This document shows positions 28,740 to 40,011 of a stretch of 64,000 nucleotides of DNA, piece by piece (the stretch's first letter is position 1; each line of letters starts with the position of its first letter). The stretch lies in assembly GCA_963718575.1 (NCBI GenBank), contig OY970358.1, forward strand, positions 386,172 to 450,171, written 5' to 3'. The notes under the pieces were generated by a model. That model did no database searches. It saw nothing but the letters and a program-made list of their open reading frames with translations, and had not been told where the DNA came from. This DNA comes from an uncultured bacterium. GTDB taxonomy: Bacteria; Patescibacteriota; Minisyncoccia; UBA6257; 2-01-FULL-56-20. The translations under genes and the position numbers were made by a program.

Positions 28740-29486
28740 ATGAAGCAGACGCGATTTCTGATGGGCATGCCCATCACCGTCGAAGTTGTCGATCCGCGCG
28801 CCACGGAGGAAATTTTTAATGAAGTTTTTGATTATTTCACGCACATCGACGAAAAATTCAGCACTTATAAATCAACGAGCGAGATAAGCGCGATCAACAC
28901 CGGCACGCTCGCCGCGAGCGACGCGAGCCCGGAGATGCAAGTCGTCCTCGCGATGTGCGAAGAAACAAAACAACAGACGGGCGGATATTTCGATATTAAA
29001 ACACCGGGCGGGAAGCTTGATCCGTCCGGTCTTGTGAAGGGCTGGGCAATTTGGAATGCCGCACAACTCCTTAAGAAAAAACAGTTTGAGAATTTTTATA
29101 TCGACGCGGGCGGTGATATCCAACCGCACGGAAATAACGCGGATGGCAAAAAGTGGACGGTGGGGATCAAAAATCCGTTCAAGCAGGATGAAAATATAAA
29201 AATACTGCGCGTGAGCGACGAAGGCGTGGCCACCTCCGGCACATACATCCGCGGCAATCATATCTATAACCCGCGCGCAAGCAATCAACCCGTGAACGGC
29301 ATCGTGAGCCTTACCGTGATCGGCCCGAACATCCATGACGCCGACCGTTTTGCCACCGCCGCATTCGCGATGGGCATCGACGGCATTAAATTCATAGAAC
29401 AACTCCCCGGCTGCGAAGGATATATAATAGATACAAACGGTACCGCCACGATGACGACCAGGTTCGAAAGATATGCCATCGCGTAG
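28740..29486 (+). CDS. apbE: FAD:protein FMN transferase
   Basis: MGMPITV, DPSGLVKGWA, IDAGGDI, VATSG.Y.RG.HI, ADRFATAAFAMG. Confidence 0.9.
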   Translation: MKQTRFLMGMPITVEVVDPRATEEIFNEVFDYFTHIDEKFSTYKSTSEISAINTGTLAASDASPEMQVVLAMCEETKQQTGGYFDIKTPGGKLDPSGLVKGWAIWNAAQLLKKKQFENFYIDAGGDIQPHGNNADGKKWTVGIKNPFKQDENIKILRVSDEGVATSGTYIRGNHIYNPRASNQPVNGIVSLTVIGPNIHDADRFATAAFAMGIDGIKFIEQLPGCEGYIIDTNGTATMTTRFERYAIA

Positions 29487-29513
29487 CGCTGACGCCCCTT
29501 ACATATTTTCACC

Positions 29514-31013
29514 ATGAACCTTATTGATCGATTTCTGAACAATATCACGATGTATCGCCTCGTGATGTACTACTTAATAGTCTTGCTCGCGATCGCGGCG
29601 ATCTTCGGCGCGTTCGGCATCCTCCCCTACAATCCGATCGCTATTATTTTCTCCACGCTCTTTTTGGTCGTCGTCGCGTGGGCGGCGAACGGCATCTGCG
29701 CGAAGCTTATGAACGCGCAACCGAACTCAGAATCGGTTTATATCACCGCACTGATCCTTGCGCTCATCATCACGCCGGGGATGCCGAACGACGTCGCGAC
29801 CATCACCTTCCTCGCCTGGGCGGCGATGCTCGCGATGGCATCGAAATACGTGCTCGCGATCGATAAGAAGCACATCTTCAACCCTGCGGCGTTCGCCGTG
29901 GCCGTGACCGCGCTCGCGCTCGGCCAGACGGCAAGCTGGTGGGTCGGCGGGAACATTCCCATGATGGCGTTCGTGATCGTGGGCGGCCTGCTCGTCCTGC
30001 GCAAGATCCAGCGCTTCGACCTCGCGCTCACGTTCTTCGCGTTCGCGCTTGCGAGCGACGTCGTGACGCACGCGGCCTTCGATCCGATCTCCACGATAGA
30101 GAAAGCGCTCCTCCACACTCCGCTCTTCTTCTTTGCGTCAATCATGATCACCGAGCCGCTCACCACGCCGCCGACGCGCAAATGGCGCATGGTCTACGGC
30201 GCGATCGTCGGCGCGCTCTTCTCGCCGTTCATCGCCATTGCCGGGATCAGTTCTTCGCCCGAGCTTGCGCTCCTCGTAGGCAACGTCTTCTCATATATCG
30301 TGAGCCCGAAAGGGAAACGCATACTCACGCTCAAGGAAAAGAAGGAGGCCGGCAAGGATATTTACCATTTTATATTCGCCTCCGATAAAAAATTATCGTT
30401 CCGGCCCGGACAATATCTTGAGTGGACGCTCGGTCACGATAACGTGGACGGTCGCGGCAACCGCCGCTACTTTACGATCGCCTCGGCGCCAACGGAAGAC
30501 ACAATCCAGCTCGGCGTAAGGTTTTACGAACCGTCGAGCAGTTTTAAAAAGAGATTGCTTATGCTCAAACCGGGCGACACGATCGTCGCGGGAAATCTTG
30601 CCGGCGATTTCACGCTGCCGAAAGACCCCGCGCAAAAACTGGCGTTCATCGCGGGCGGCATCGGCGTCACCCCGTTCCGCAGCATGATAAAAAACCTCAT
30701 CGATCGTGGGGAAAGGCGCGATGCGGTACTCTTCTATTCGAATCGCGCGCCGGAAGAGATTGTATATCGTGATATTTTTGATGACGCAGAGAAAAAAATA
30801 GGGATGAAGACCGTTTATACGATCACGGGCAGCGGCGCAAACGGCGGACGCCTCGACGCCGATACGATAAAAAAAGAAATCCCGGATTACCGGGAACGCA
30901 TGTTCTATATTTCGGGCACGCACGCGATGACGAATTATTTCAAAGCGATCTTGCGCGGGATGGGCGTCCCGCCCGCCCGCATTAAAACGGATTTCTTCCC
31001 AGGATTCGCGTAA
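29514..31013 (+). CDS. RnfD/NqrB-like membrane domain fused to an FNR-type FAD/NAD(P)H-binding domain
   Basis: SKY...KHIFNPAA, IMITEPLTTP; C-terminal FRPGQY, RRYFTIASAP, IAGGIGVTPFRSM. Confidence 0.85.
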   Translation: MNLIDRFLNNITMYRLVMYYLIVLLAIAAIFGAFGILPYNPIAIIFSTLFLVVVAWAANGICAKLMNAQPNSESVYITALILALIITPGMPNDVATITFLAWAAMLAMASKYVLAIDKKHIFNPAAFAVAVTALALGQTASWWVGGNIPMMAFVIVGGLLVLRKIQRFDLALTFFAFALASDVVTHAAFDPISTIEKALLHTPLFFFASIMITEPLTTPPTRKWRMVYGAIVGALFSPFIAIAGISSSPELALLVGNVFSYIVSPKGKRILTLKEKKEAGKDIYHFIFASDKKLSFRPGQYLEWTLGHDNVDGRGNRRYFTIASAPTEDTIQLGVRFYEPSSSFKKRLLMLKPGDTIVAGNLAGDFTLPKDPAQKLAFIAGGIGVTPFRSMIKNLIDRGERRDAVLFYSNRAPEEIVYRDIFDDAEKKIGMKTVYTITGSGANGGRLDADTIKKEIPDYRERMFYISGTHAMTNYFKAILRGMGVPPARIKTDFFPGFA

Positions 31014-31521
31014 CGCTCGGAGGCTGGCTCTCGCTCATGATCAGTTCCTCTGACGCCGGGACGATCCAGTCGCCAAGCAGCTTTAAAAACTCCTCTCGGC
31101 GCGGTTCCTGCCCGACTTTCTTCATATGCCACTTCGGATGGCTCTCCGGCGTGTATTCGTAATGCCCGCGCACTTCCCCATCCTTAAAGATGCGAAGGTG
31201 ATATTGATGTTCAAAGTCCACCGGCTTGCGGAGACTTACCACCTCGTCGTCATCCCGTAGTGCCACGAAGTGATTGCATATCTGCTTGCCCTCGAGGTAT
31301 TTAACGAAATCCTCCATGTTCCGTCCGGGGGCAAGATGTCCCAAAAGGTAATTTTGCCTCCCCTCGTGATGAAGAATACCAAGGGACAATAAAATATCCC
31401 TGCCGGTGCCATGCACGGGATAGATGGCCTTCCAAAAAACGTACTTCGACCGGTTCCGGAATCCTTTCGGATAGGGCAGAACTGAGTCGGGGATGCTCTG
31501 CCTAAGGGCTGTTTCGTCCAT
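30982..31521 (-). CDS. Hypothetical protein
   Basis: Open frame with QYHLRIF.DGEVRGHYEYTPESHP.WH. Confidence 0.6.
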   Translation of the reverse strand: MDETALRQSIPDSVLPYPKGFRNRSKYVFWKAIYPVHGTGRDILLSLGILHHEGRQNYLLGHLAPGRNMEDFVKYLEGKQICNHFVALRDDDEVVSLRKPVDFEHQYHLRIFKDGEVRGHYEYTPESHPKWHMKKVGQEPRREEFLKLLGDWIVPASEELIMSESQPPSVTRILGRNPF

Positions 31522-31627
31522 AAATTAGCTATATATCTCTATACATCCAGCGGATAAGCTATCCAGACCAGTATAGCATATCGATGCCTTTATTGCTATT
31601 AACCCGGGAAAAAGCTACTCTTCGGGG

Positions 31628-32071
31628 ATGAACAAATTCAAAAAGCCATACGGCGCACGAACAAGCGGCAGCCGACCGGAAAGTCGCGGAGGAGCCCGCC
31701 CCCCAAGCCATTCGCGGTTCGGCGCTCACGCCTCGGCGCGGCCGGGCTTTGGCGCACGCAGCCCCCGCTCGGAAGCCTTTCAGAAATTCGATGCAACATG
31801 CAGTAACTGCGGCAAGAAGTGCCAGGTCCCCTTCCGCCCGGACGGCACGAAGCCGGTCTACTGCAAAGACTGCTTTGGCGTCCCGCGCGAGGCGCCGAAG
31901 GGCAAGGGATCCTCTACGGCAAGCACTCCGCGCTTTGCGGATGGCGCGACGGGAACGAGCCCGGCCGGCGGCAAGAGCATCGCCGACCTCACGCGCCAGA
32001 TCGCCGCGATGAACACCAAGATCGACACTATGTTGAAGCTATTGCAGAACGATAGCGCAGGAGAAGAATAA
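31628..32071 (+). CDS. CxxC-x17-CxxC zinc-ribbon protein
   Basis: ATCSNCGKKCQVPFRPDGTKPVYCKDCF; promoter TTGCTA-17-TACTCT ends 6 nt before the ATG. Confidence 0.88.
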   Translation: MNKFKKPYGARTSGSRPESRGGARPPSHSRFGAHASARPGFGARSPRSEAFQKFDATCSNCGKKCQVPFRPDGTKPVYCKDCFGVPREAPKGKGSSTASTPRFADGATGTSPAGGKSIADLTRQIAAMNTKIDTMLKLLQNDSAGEE

Positions 32072-32104
32072 TTTTCGCCGCGCACAGGCGGGGCGACCAT
32101 CACC

Positions 32105-32671
32105 ATGCACATCACTTCGGCAAAATTTATGCGGGGCGTGAACGGCACCGACGATCTATTGTCTGACGGCACGCCGCAGGTTGCGCTCATCGGCCGATCG
32201 AACGTCGGCAAATCAAGTATCATCAACTCGCTCACCCGGGAAAAGGCGCTCGCACGCACGAGCGATACGCCCGGCCTCACGCAGGAGATCAACGTCTATT
32301 CCATCAATAATAAGTTCTATCTGCTCGACCTGCCCGGATACGGGTTCGCAAAAGTGCCGGAGCGGATCCGCGAGAGCCTTCAAAAGCTGAACTGGTGGTA
32401 TCTTTTTGATTCGGATCACGTTCAGCATCGCGCGGTGCTCGTGCTCGACGCGAACGTCGGCCCGTCAAAGAACGACCTCGAGATGCTTGCACTCCTGCGC
32501 GAACACCAAAAACCGCTCGTCATCGTGGCGAACAAAATCGATAAAATAAAATCCTCCGACTACGAAGCACGACTGGCGGTGATCACGGGTCTCGCGCATG
32601 GCGCGCCCGTAATCCCCTATTCTTCGAAAACCGGCCGGGGCATGGAAGAATTGGTGAACGCGATATTCTAG
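32105..32671 (+). CDS. engB: Ribosome biogenesis GTPase EngB/YihA
   Basis: GRSNVGKSS, PGLTQ, DLPGYG, NKIDK. Confidence 0.93.
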   Translation: MHITSAKFMRGVNGTDDLLSDGTPQVALIGRSNVGKSSIINSLTREKALARTSDTPGLTQEINVYSINNKFYLLDLPGYGFAKVPERIRESLQKLNWWYLFDSDHVQHRAVLVLDANVGPSKNDLEMLALLREHQKPLVIVANKIDKIKSSDYEARLAVITGLAHGAPVIPYSSKTGRGMEELVNAIF

Positions 32672-32739
32672 ACGTTTGGCGAAAAATAAAAGGCCGTTTC
32701 AAGCATAAGCTTGGCGTGCCTTAAAACCATCGAGGGATA

Positions 32740-33168
32740 TTACGAATTACGCAAGTGATGCTTCCGAAACGGCCTCAGCGTGTCCGGGTTGATGCCTCCG
32801 TCAGACAGCTCTTTGCGCCGGACGAATACCGGGAATTTCCCTTCCAGCACATGGCAACTGTCATCGTAGGCGACCTTACCCCGACGCTTCGTTCTCCATG
32901 TGATCATTTGCCAATAGGTGGTAGTCGGACGAATGCCGATTATCGGGGGCAAAGGCAGATCAGAGGCATTGTCAAAAAAGACCTCTCCTTCTCGCAACTC
33001 TGGATGAGGATTGCAGAAACCCGACTGGGGGGTTGGGGTCAGCCGGGAAAAATCTTTCCATGCCGGAGCCTGCCATATTTTGGGGGAAAAGCGCGGACTA
33101 TACCTATAGATCGCACCCCCTGCCACGACAACAAGCAAAGAAGCTATGAACAACCAACGAAGTCTCAT
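32740..33168 (-). CDS. Hypothetical membrane-anchored protein
   Basis: SD GAGGAG; N-terminal TM; HPELREGEVF...W.TKRRGKVAYD...PVFV. Confidence 0.55.
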   Translation of the reverse strand: MRLRWLFIASLLVVVAGGAIYRYSPRFSPKIWQAPAWKDFSRLTPTPQSGFCNPHPELREGEVFFDNASDLPLPPIIGIRPTTTYWQMITWRTKRRGKVAYDDSCHVLEGKFPVFVRRKELSDGGINPDTLRPFRKHHLRNS

Positions 33169-33300
33169 TCGGCACGCTCCTCGAATTCCTTTCTGCTTAT
33201 AATAAAGCAATAAAAAGGCGGCGTGTCAATTGCGGAGGCTCCTGAACGACGTTCGAACCGCTAGCCTAGCCCTCGCAGGAGTTCACCAGGGTTACTGGGT

Positions 33301-33735
33301 TCATCCGGCTCCCATATGCCGATCGCATTTCTTGCATAAACCATAGAATTCTAAAGCGTGCTCGGTAATCTTCGCAAAATGCTTTGAGGAACGGAGTACT
33401 TTTGTTTGCATCTCCTCGAGGCCGCAGTGGTGTACGTCCTCCACTTTGCCGCATTGAATACAAATGAGATGATGGTGCTCGGCAAGATTTGCGAGCTCGT
33501 AGTGCACGTGATTGTGTCGCAGATCGATAGGGACGATAATGCCTTTTTCCTTGAGCGATTTTACGCTTCGGTATACCGTTGCCCGGTCGAGGTCTCCCGC
33601 AAGCACCTCGAAGATCGCTTGTGCGCTCATGGGCTTTTTCGCTTTCTTTAGCGTCCCAAGAATGGCAATCCTCGCCGACGTGGCTTTAAAGCCGCTTTTT
33701 CGAAGAATTTGTCTGGATTCCTGTTCTGTCGCCAT
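33301..33735 (-). CDS. Fur-family metalloregulator
   Basis: T..RIAIL, DRATVYR, EHHHLICIQCG, FYGLCKKC. Confidence 0.92.
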   Translation of the reverse strand: MATEQESRQILRKSGFKATSARIAILGTLKKAKKPMSAQAIFEVLAGDLDRATVYRSVKSLKEKGIIVPIDLRHNHVHYELANLAEHHHLICIQCGKVEDVHHCGLEEMQTKVLRSSKHFAKITEHALEFYGLCKKCDRHMGAG

Positions 33736-33741
33736 AATACT

Positions 33742-33770
33742 ATGATATTCTAATTGCGACTTATTTGCAA
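33742..33770 (-). promoter_or_regulatory. Promoter of the Fur-family gene with an overlapping palindromic operator
   Basis: TTGCAA-17-TATCAT-6-ATG; palindrome TTGCGACTTATTTGCAA at 33754-33770. Confidence 0.65.
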
Positions 33771-33854
33771 ATAAATTGACGTATCGGCCTCCAAGCTCGA
33801 TGATGGATATACTGGCTCATCAAGGCCAGCAAATAGCTCTTTGGAGGAAACAAC

Positions 33855-34247
33855 ATGTCATATCCCTCTGTGGCAGCAGTTCTCACAGAACGAAGGATCG
33901 ACCTTGATACCGCAGACGACGCCGAACTTGAAAACGTACTCAAAGAGGCATTCGGCCGCGACCTCAGTGTCGGAGTTTCGTATCTTAAGCAGGTCGCGGA
34001 TACCGTGAAGCGGACGGGGAAGCGCGTTCTTGAGGCGGAAGATCCCAATTCGGCAGTCGGCAAACAGTTGATCCGTCTTCTGGGATCTGACATCGCCCGC
34101 GGCATTCTTAAACGGGATCTGGGCGTCGCCTTCGGGTTTTACAATTGCTGCGGCATTGTCGCGGCCCCTACCCAGGAAGAGTTGCGCATGACTATGCGCG
34201 AACAGATCATGCTCCAGAACGGAATGCTCGCATCGGCAGATTGTTAG
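33855..34247 (+). CDS. Hypothetical protein (Cys-Cys motif, terminal Cys)
   Basis: SD GGAGG; FYNCCGIV...ASADC. Confidence 0.65.
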   Translation: MSYPSVAAVLTERRIDLDTADDAELENVLKEAFGRDLSVGVSYLKQVADTVKRTGKRVLEAEDPNSAVGKQLIRLLGSDIARGILKRDLGVAFGFYNCCGIVAAPTQEELRMTMREQIMLQNGMLASADC

Positions 34248-34299
34248 CCAATCGGTGCCCGATCCCATCCGGGTCGGGCACCACAACTTTATCTATTCC

Positions 34300-34716
34300 A
34301 TGAATCAAAACATGCAAATGATTTTCAACCTTATTATGACCGGTCTCATCATTGGAAGTTTTGCAGTGATCTGGCGAAAATTATTGAATGACCTACCACA
34401 GCTCCGCGAAGGTATTAAAACGCATATCCCCTACCCTCTAAGCCGAGCGTTGACGTGCGGCTTCTGCTTCACGTATTGGTTCTCGCTTGGCTCGCTTATT
34501 ATTTTCAATCCATTGAACGGCTGGCTCCCGCCTATGCAACCGATTATTCCATCAATGCTCGGTCCGTCTATTTATCTTTCCGTTTCATGGATGTTGCTGG
34601 GTTTTATCGCACTCTTATGGCGATCGCTTTTCGTGATGATTCAGGAATTTATCGATTACGAAATGTATGTTTGGAACAAACAATTCCATCCGATCGATTC
34701 AAATCATACGCACTGA
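34300..34716 (+). CDS. Membrane protein with CxxC (DUF1360-like)
   Basis: ALTCGFCFTYW between TM helices; His-containing tail. Confidence 0.6.
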   Translation: MNQNMQMIFNLIMTGLIIGSFAVIWRKLLNDLPQLREGIKTHIPYPLSRALTCGFCFTYWFSLGSLIIFNPLNGWLPPMQPIIPSMLGPSIYLSVSWMLLGFIALLWRSLFVMIQEFIDYEMYVWNKQFHPIDSNHTH

Positions 34717-34743
34717 CATATTCGCGAATAGGATCGCAAAGTT

Positions 34744-35619
34744 TTAGGCGGAACCCTTCATCGGAACCAGTATAAGGGGCAGAACAAACAACACCAACAC
34801 CGGAGCTGAATTGGGATCGGTCGCAGCCCCAAACGGGAAGGTCATGATCCCTCCGAAATATTGTCCAACCCACCATATAGCCAAAAGAAAGGCGAGCGCA
34901 ATCCATCCAATTATTCTATTTGGAAGCGCTACGAGAAAAATCCCGATACAAAGAAGCGCGTCGAATGCAATAATATTGCCGAGCATGGTTCCCTGGCCGC
35001 CAAACCTGCCTAGCCACCCCGATACGCGAGGGATCGCTGAAAGCATGGAAAGCATCGTCGGCTGCCAGAACATCGGCATCAGATTGAGGGCTGCTCCTAA
35101 AATAAAAACGATTCCCGCGACGAGCGGCAGGGAGTCAATACTATCCGGCTTGTCCTGCGCCCGAATGAGAAATAGGGCCAGAAGAAGATATAACAACGCA
35201 GATCCCGGAGCGCCGGTATAGAAAGATGCCGAACCGGTAAAAAGAAGGCCCAATCCTTCTCCGAAGATCCAGATGATAAAAGCCCATACGATCGATGTCC
35301 ACAGTGCCACGCGGAGAACTTTTTTATCTCGAGATAATAGAAGCGCCGCCCCGATGCAAAGTTGTATGAGAGCCGAAAGAAGATTCGCCAAAAAAAGATG
35401 GGTGCTGAATATTTGAATGCCGGATGCGATAATTCGTTCTATGATGACCGGCTGGCTTTGTAAATTTGGGGCAAGCACATTATTTACGAATACAGCCGTG
35501 AACATGGAAGGTTGTAATTGAAGCACGCCATCGACCACCCAAAAACAACCAAGGGCAATCGTTATAAATTGGATAAGCCTATCGCGCCGTTCCCCCATTT
35601 CTTTATTGTACTTCATCAT
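34744..35619 (-). CDS. Multi-pass membrane protein
   Basis: LG..W..DG.LQLQP.MF, W.FGEG.G, ATDPNSAP; about 8 TM segments. Confidence 0.65.
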   Translation of the reverse strand: MMKYNKEMGERRDRLIQFITIALGCFWVVDGVLQLQPSMFTAVFVNNVLAPNLQSQPVIIERIIASGIQIFSTHLFLANLLSALIQLCIGAALLLSRDKKVLRVALWTSIVWAFIIWIFGEGLGLLFTGSASFYTGAPGSALLYLLLALFLIRAQDKPDSIDSLPLVAGIVFILGAALNLMPMFWQPTMLSMLSAIPRVSGWLGRFGGQGTMLGNIIAFDALLCIGIFLVALPNRIIGWIALAFLLAIWWVGQYFGGIMTFPFGAATDPNSAPVLVLFVLPLILVPMKGSA

Positions 35620-35736
35620 AAACTTTATCTCTCCTTCCCGGAGAGTGCTGACGCCAGAAAAATATCCTGCGAACAACCCAGATGGCACTTCGATGTTACC
35701 GAAGTTCGATTGAGAAAAATCTTGTCAACCTTGACG

Positions 35737-35821
35737 CGGAGAAGGAGGGATTCGAACCCTCGGTACCTTTCGGTACACAGTCTTTCCAGGACTGCCGTTT
35801 AAACCACTCACGCACCTCTCC
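35737..35821 (-). tRNA. tRNA-Ser(GGA)
   Basis: GGAGAGG acceptor, CAGTC-CT GGA AA-GACTG anticodon arm, long variable arm, GGTTCGAATCC. Confidence 0.95.
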
Positions 35822-35864
35822 AGATGCTTCCTATACTCCGATGATAGTACCCTTAAACTCCTTT

Positions 35865-36062
35865 CTATTCAAGAACGTTCGCTTTAATTGAGCTTGTTTT
35901 GGCAAAAATATTTCGGGAGCAAAAAAGCACCTCTATTCCCAGAATCCCATTGTTCTTATCATAATCAACCAAATAGTCTCCATTCTTTTTGGTTTTTGCC
36001 ACAGCGCCTTCGCTTATTTTTATATAAAGCGCATCCGCTTCTGAATCATATTTTATATCCAT
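35865..36062 (-). CDS. DUF2283 protein (putative antitoxin)
   Basis: MDIKYDSEADALYIKI...VDYDKNNGILGIEVL. Confidence 0.85.
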   Translation of the reverse strand: MDIKYDSEADALYIKISEGAVAKTKKNGDYLVDYDKNNGILGIEVLFCSRNIFAKTSSIKANVLE

Positions 36063-36069
36063 AGTGTTT

Positions 36070-36288
36070 TTATTCTTCATATACGGTGACGACGAGTATT
36101 TTACCAAATCCTTTTATATAATATATCACAACTAATGGTTGCTTGTTATTACGATATCGCTTTGCAATCATTGCCCCGCCGTGTGTCGGTTCGCTCATTC
36201 CATGCCTGAGAGCATCCTCAACGTCTTGCTTCGTAATCTCTCTCTTATGCAATCAATAAAGCGCATGTTCGGTATATCTTATTTTCAT
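36070..36288 (-). pseudogene. DUF4258-like (putative toxin) gene with an in-frame TGA at codon 12
   Basis: MKIRYTEHALY*LHKREITKQDVEDALRHG...LVVIY...ILVVTVY. Confidence 0.7.
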
Positions 36289-36347
36289 ATAGTACCACCA
36301 TTGATACCATAGAGGGCATTAAAAGGATCTTAAAGAAAATCGTCTGC

Positions 36348-37256
36348 CTATCCCGCAATTTCCTGCAACGCCTTGATGCGCTGCTCGATCGGCGGATGCG
36401 TCGCAAAGAGCGTGTGCCACCACGAGGCGCCCTTGCCCTTGAACGGCGTGTCGAGCCACATGTGCGCGGTAGAATCCTTTGCGGACGCCATCGGCGTCTC
36501 GTCGAGCTGGATCTTTTGCAGTGCGGAGATGAGCCCTTCCGGATAACGCGTGAGCAATACGCCCGATGCGTCCGCGAGCGCCTCGCGGCGGCGCGAGATT
36601 GCAAGCTGGATCAGCATCGTACCGATCGGCGCGAGGATAGAGAGCACGATCGCGGCGATGAAGAATATTTCCTGCGCTTCGCCGTTGCCCCGCCCGCGTC
36701 CGCCGCCGAACCCGCCGAATATGAGCGAGCGCAGGAAGACGTCCGCGATGAGCGCGATGATGCCGGCGAGGATCGCAGCCACCGTCGAGACGAGGATATC
36801 ACGATTGCCCACGTGCGAAAGCTCGTGCGCAAGCACGCCCTGCAATTCATCTTTATTCAATCTCTGCAACGCGCCCTGCGTGACCGCCACCGCCGCGTGC
36901 TGTGGATCGCGGCCCGTCGCAAACGCGTTGATCTGCAGCTCTGGCGTGATGTACAGCTTCGGCATCGGAAGCCCGGCGGTGATCGTCAGATTCTCCACCA
37001 AATTGTAGAGCATCGGATTATCCGCTTTCTGGATTTCCTTCGCCTTTGCGAGCCCGAGCGCGATCGACGCCGACGAATAATAGCTGACCAGCGAATACAC
37101 GATACAAAAGATCGCCGCGAAGACGAGGATGCTCGGATCGCCGTAATAGACCGAGATAAAATAGCCGAGTCCGAGGAACACGATAAAGAATACGATGAAC
37201 AGCATCCACGTGCGCCGGATGTTCGACGATTGAAGTGTGTAGAGATTAACAGCCAT
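36348..37256 (-). CDS. htpX: Zinc metalloprotease HtpX (M48)
   Basis: INAFATGRDP, GVLAHELSHV, ISRRRE.LAD, THPPIEQRI. Confidence 0.93.
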   Translation of the reverse strand: MAVNLYTLQSSNIRRTWMLFIVFFIVFLGLGYFISVYYGDPSILVFAAIFCIVYSLVSYYSSASIALGLAKAKEIQKADNPMLYNLVENLTITAGLPMPKLYITPELQINAFATGRDPQHAAVAVTQGALQRLNKDELQGVLAHELSHVGNRDILVSTVAAILAGIIALIADVFLRSLIFGGFGGGRGRGNGEAQEIFFIAAIVLSILAPIGTMLIQLAISRRREALADASGVLLTRYPEGLISALQKIQLDETPMASAKDSTAHMWLDTPFKGKGASWWHTLFATHPPIEQRIKALQEIAG

Positions 37257-37276
37257 TCTTTTTTATATCAGTTTAA

Positions 37277-37410
37277 GCGGAGAAGCAGCCGGTTGCCAAC
37301 GAACTAAACAATGATGGGGTACATGTTTTCGGAGCAATTAATCCTCCTTGTTTCGAAAACATGTACCCCATCATTGTTTAGAACTTGACCGCAACCGGCT
37401 GCTTCTCCGC
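37277..37410. repeat. Large inverted repeat (20-bp and 28-bp perfect arms) covering the lemA 3' end
   Basis: 37277-37296 pairs with 37391-37410; 37304-37331 pairs with 37354-37381. Confidence 0.9.
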
Positions 37411-37926
37411 GTCCGTCAGATCATTGCCGAAGAAATCCATCTTGGTGAAGCCCATCATGTTCGCGAAGATATTCGTCGGGAAGACCTGGAGTTTCGTGTT
37501 GAAGTCGCGGACCATGCCGTTATAGAACCGGCGGGCGGCCTGGATCTTGTCTTCCGTATCGGTCAGCTGGTCCTGGAGTGAAAGGAAATTCTGATTCGCC
37601 TTGAGGTCCGGATAATTTTCCGCGACGGCGAAAAGGGACTTAAGCGTCGAAGAAAGCTGGTTCTCCGCACCTGCACGATCGGTGCCGGTCGCCTGCATGG
37701 CCTGCGAGCGGGCCTTCGTCACGTCCTCGAACACCGTCTTCTCGTGCGAAGCATAGCCCTGTACGGTCGAAACCAGGTTCGGGATAAGGTCGTAGCGGCG
37801 CTTGAGCTGAACGTCGATGTCCGAAAACGCCTCCTGCGTGCGATTGCGCGAAGTAACAAGCCCGTTGTAGGCCAGCACGAGCCACAAGAGAATAAGAACA
37901 ACTACCGCAAGAATTATCCAGGTCAT
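37378..37926 (-). CDS. lemA: LemA family protein
   Basis: [39 protein letters not shown]. Confidence 0.95.
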   Translation of the reverse strand: MTWIILAVVVLILLWLVLAYNGLVTSRNRTQEAFSDIDVQLKRRYDLIPNLVSTVQGYASHEKTVFEDVTKARSQAMQATGTDRAGAENQLSSTLKSLFAVAENYPDLKANQNFLSLQDQLTDTEDKIQAARRFYNGMVRDFNTKLQVFPTNIFANMMGFTKMDFFGNDLTDAEKQPVAVKF

Positions 37927-37974
37927 GATGGTATTGTACCAATCTATACGAGTTAGAGCAATTGATAGTTGCTA

Positions 37975-39926
<1,952 letters not shown>

Positions 39927-39940
39927 GGTATTTGAATAAT

Positions 39941-39967
39941 TTAGCACTCGGGACTAGTGAGTGCCAA
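39941..39967. promoter_or_regulatory. CIRCE element (HrcA operator)
   Basis: TTAGCACTC-N9-GAGTGCCAA upstream of groS; promoter TTGACG-16-TATAAT at 40000-39973 on the minus strand. Confidence 0.92.
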
Positions 39968-40011
39968 TAGGAATTATAGGGCAAAAAAAATACCCGTCAA
40001 GCGGGCAGTTT

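Noticed and set aside
36253-36255. UGA recoding (genetic code 25)
   Set aside because: TGA terminates clear genes here and long ORFs are intact under code 11.
37301-37384. MITE with a GAAC target-site duplication
   Set aside because: GAAC does flank the inner repeat, but complementarity extends another 20 bp into lemA coding sequence, which a simple insertion does not explain.
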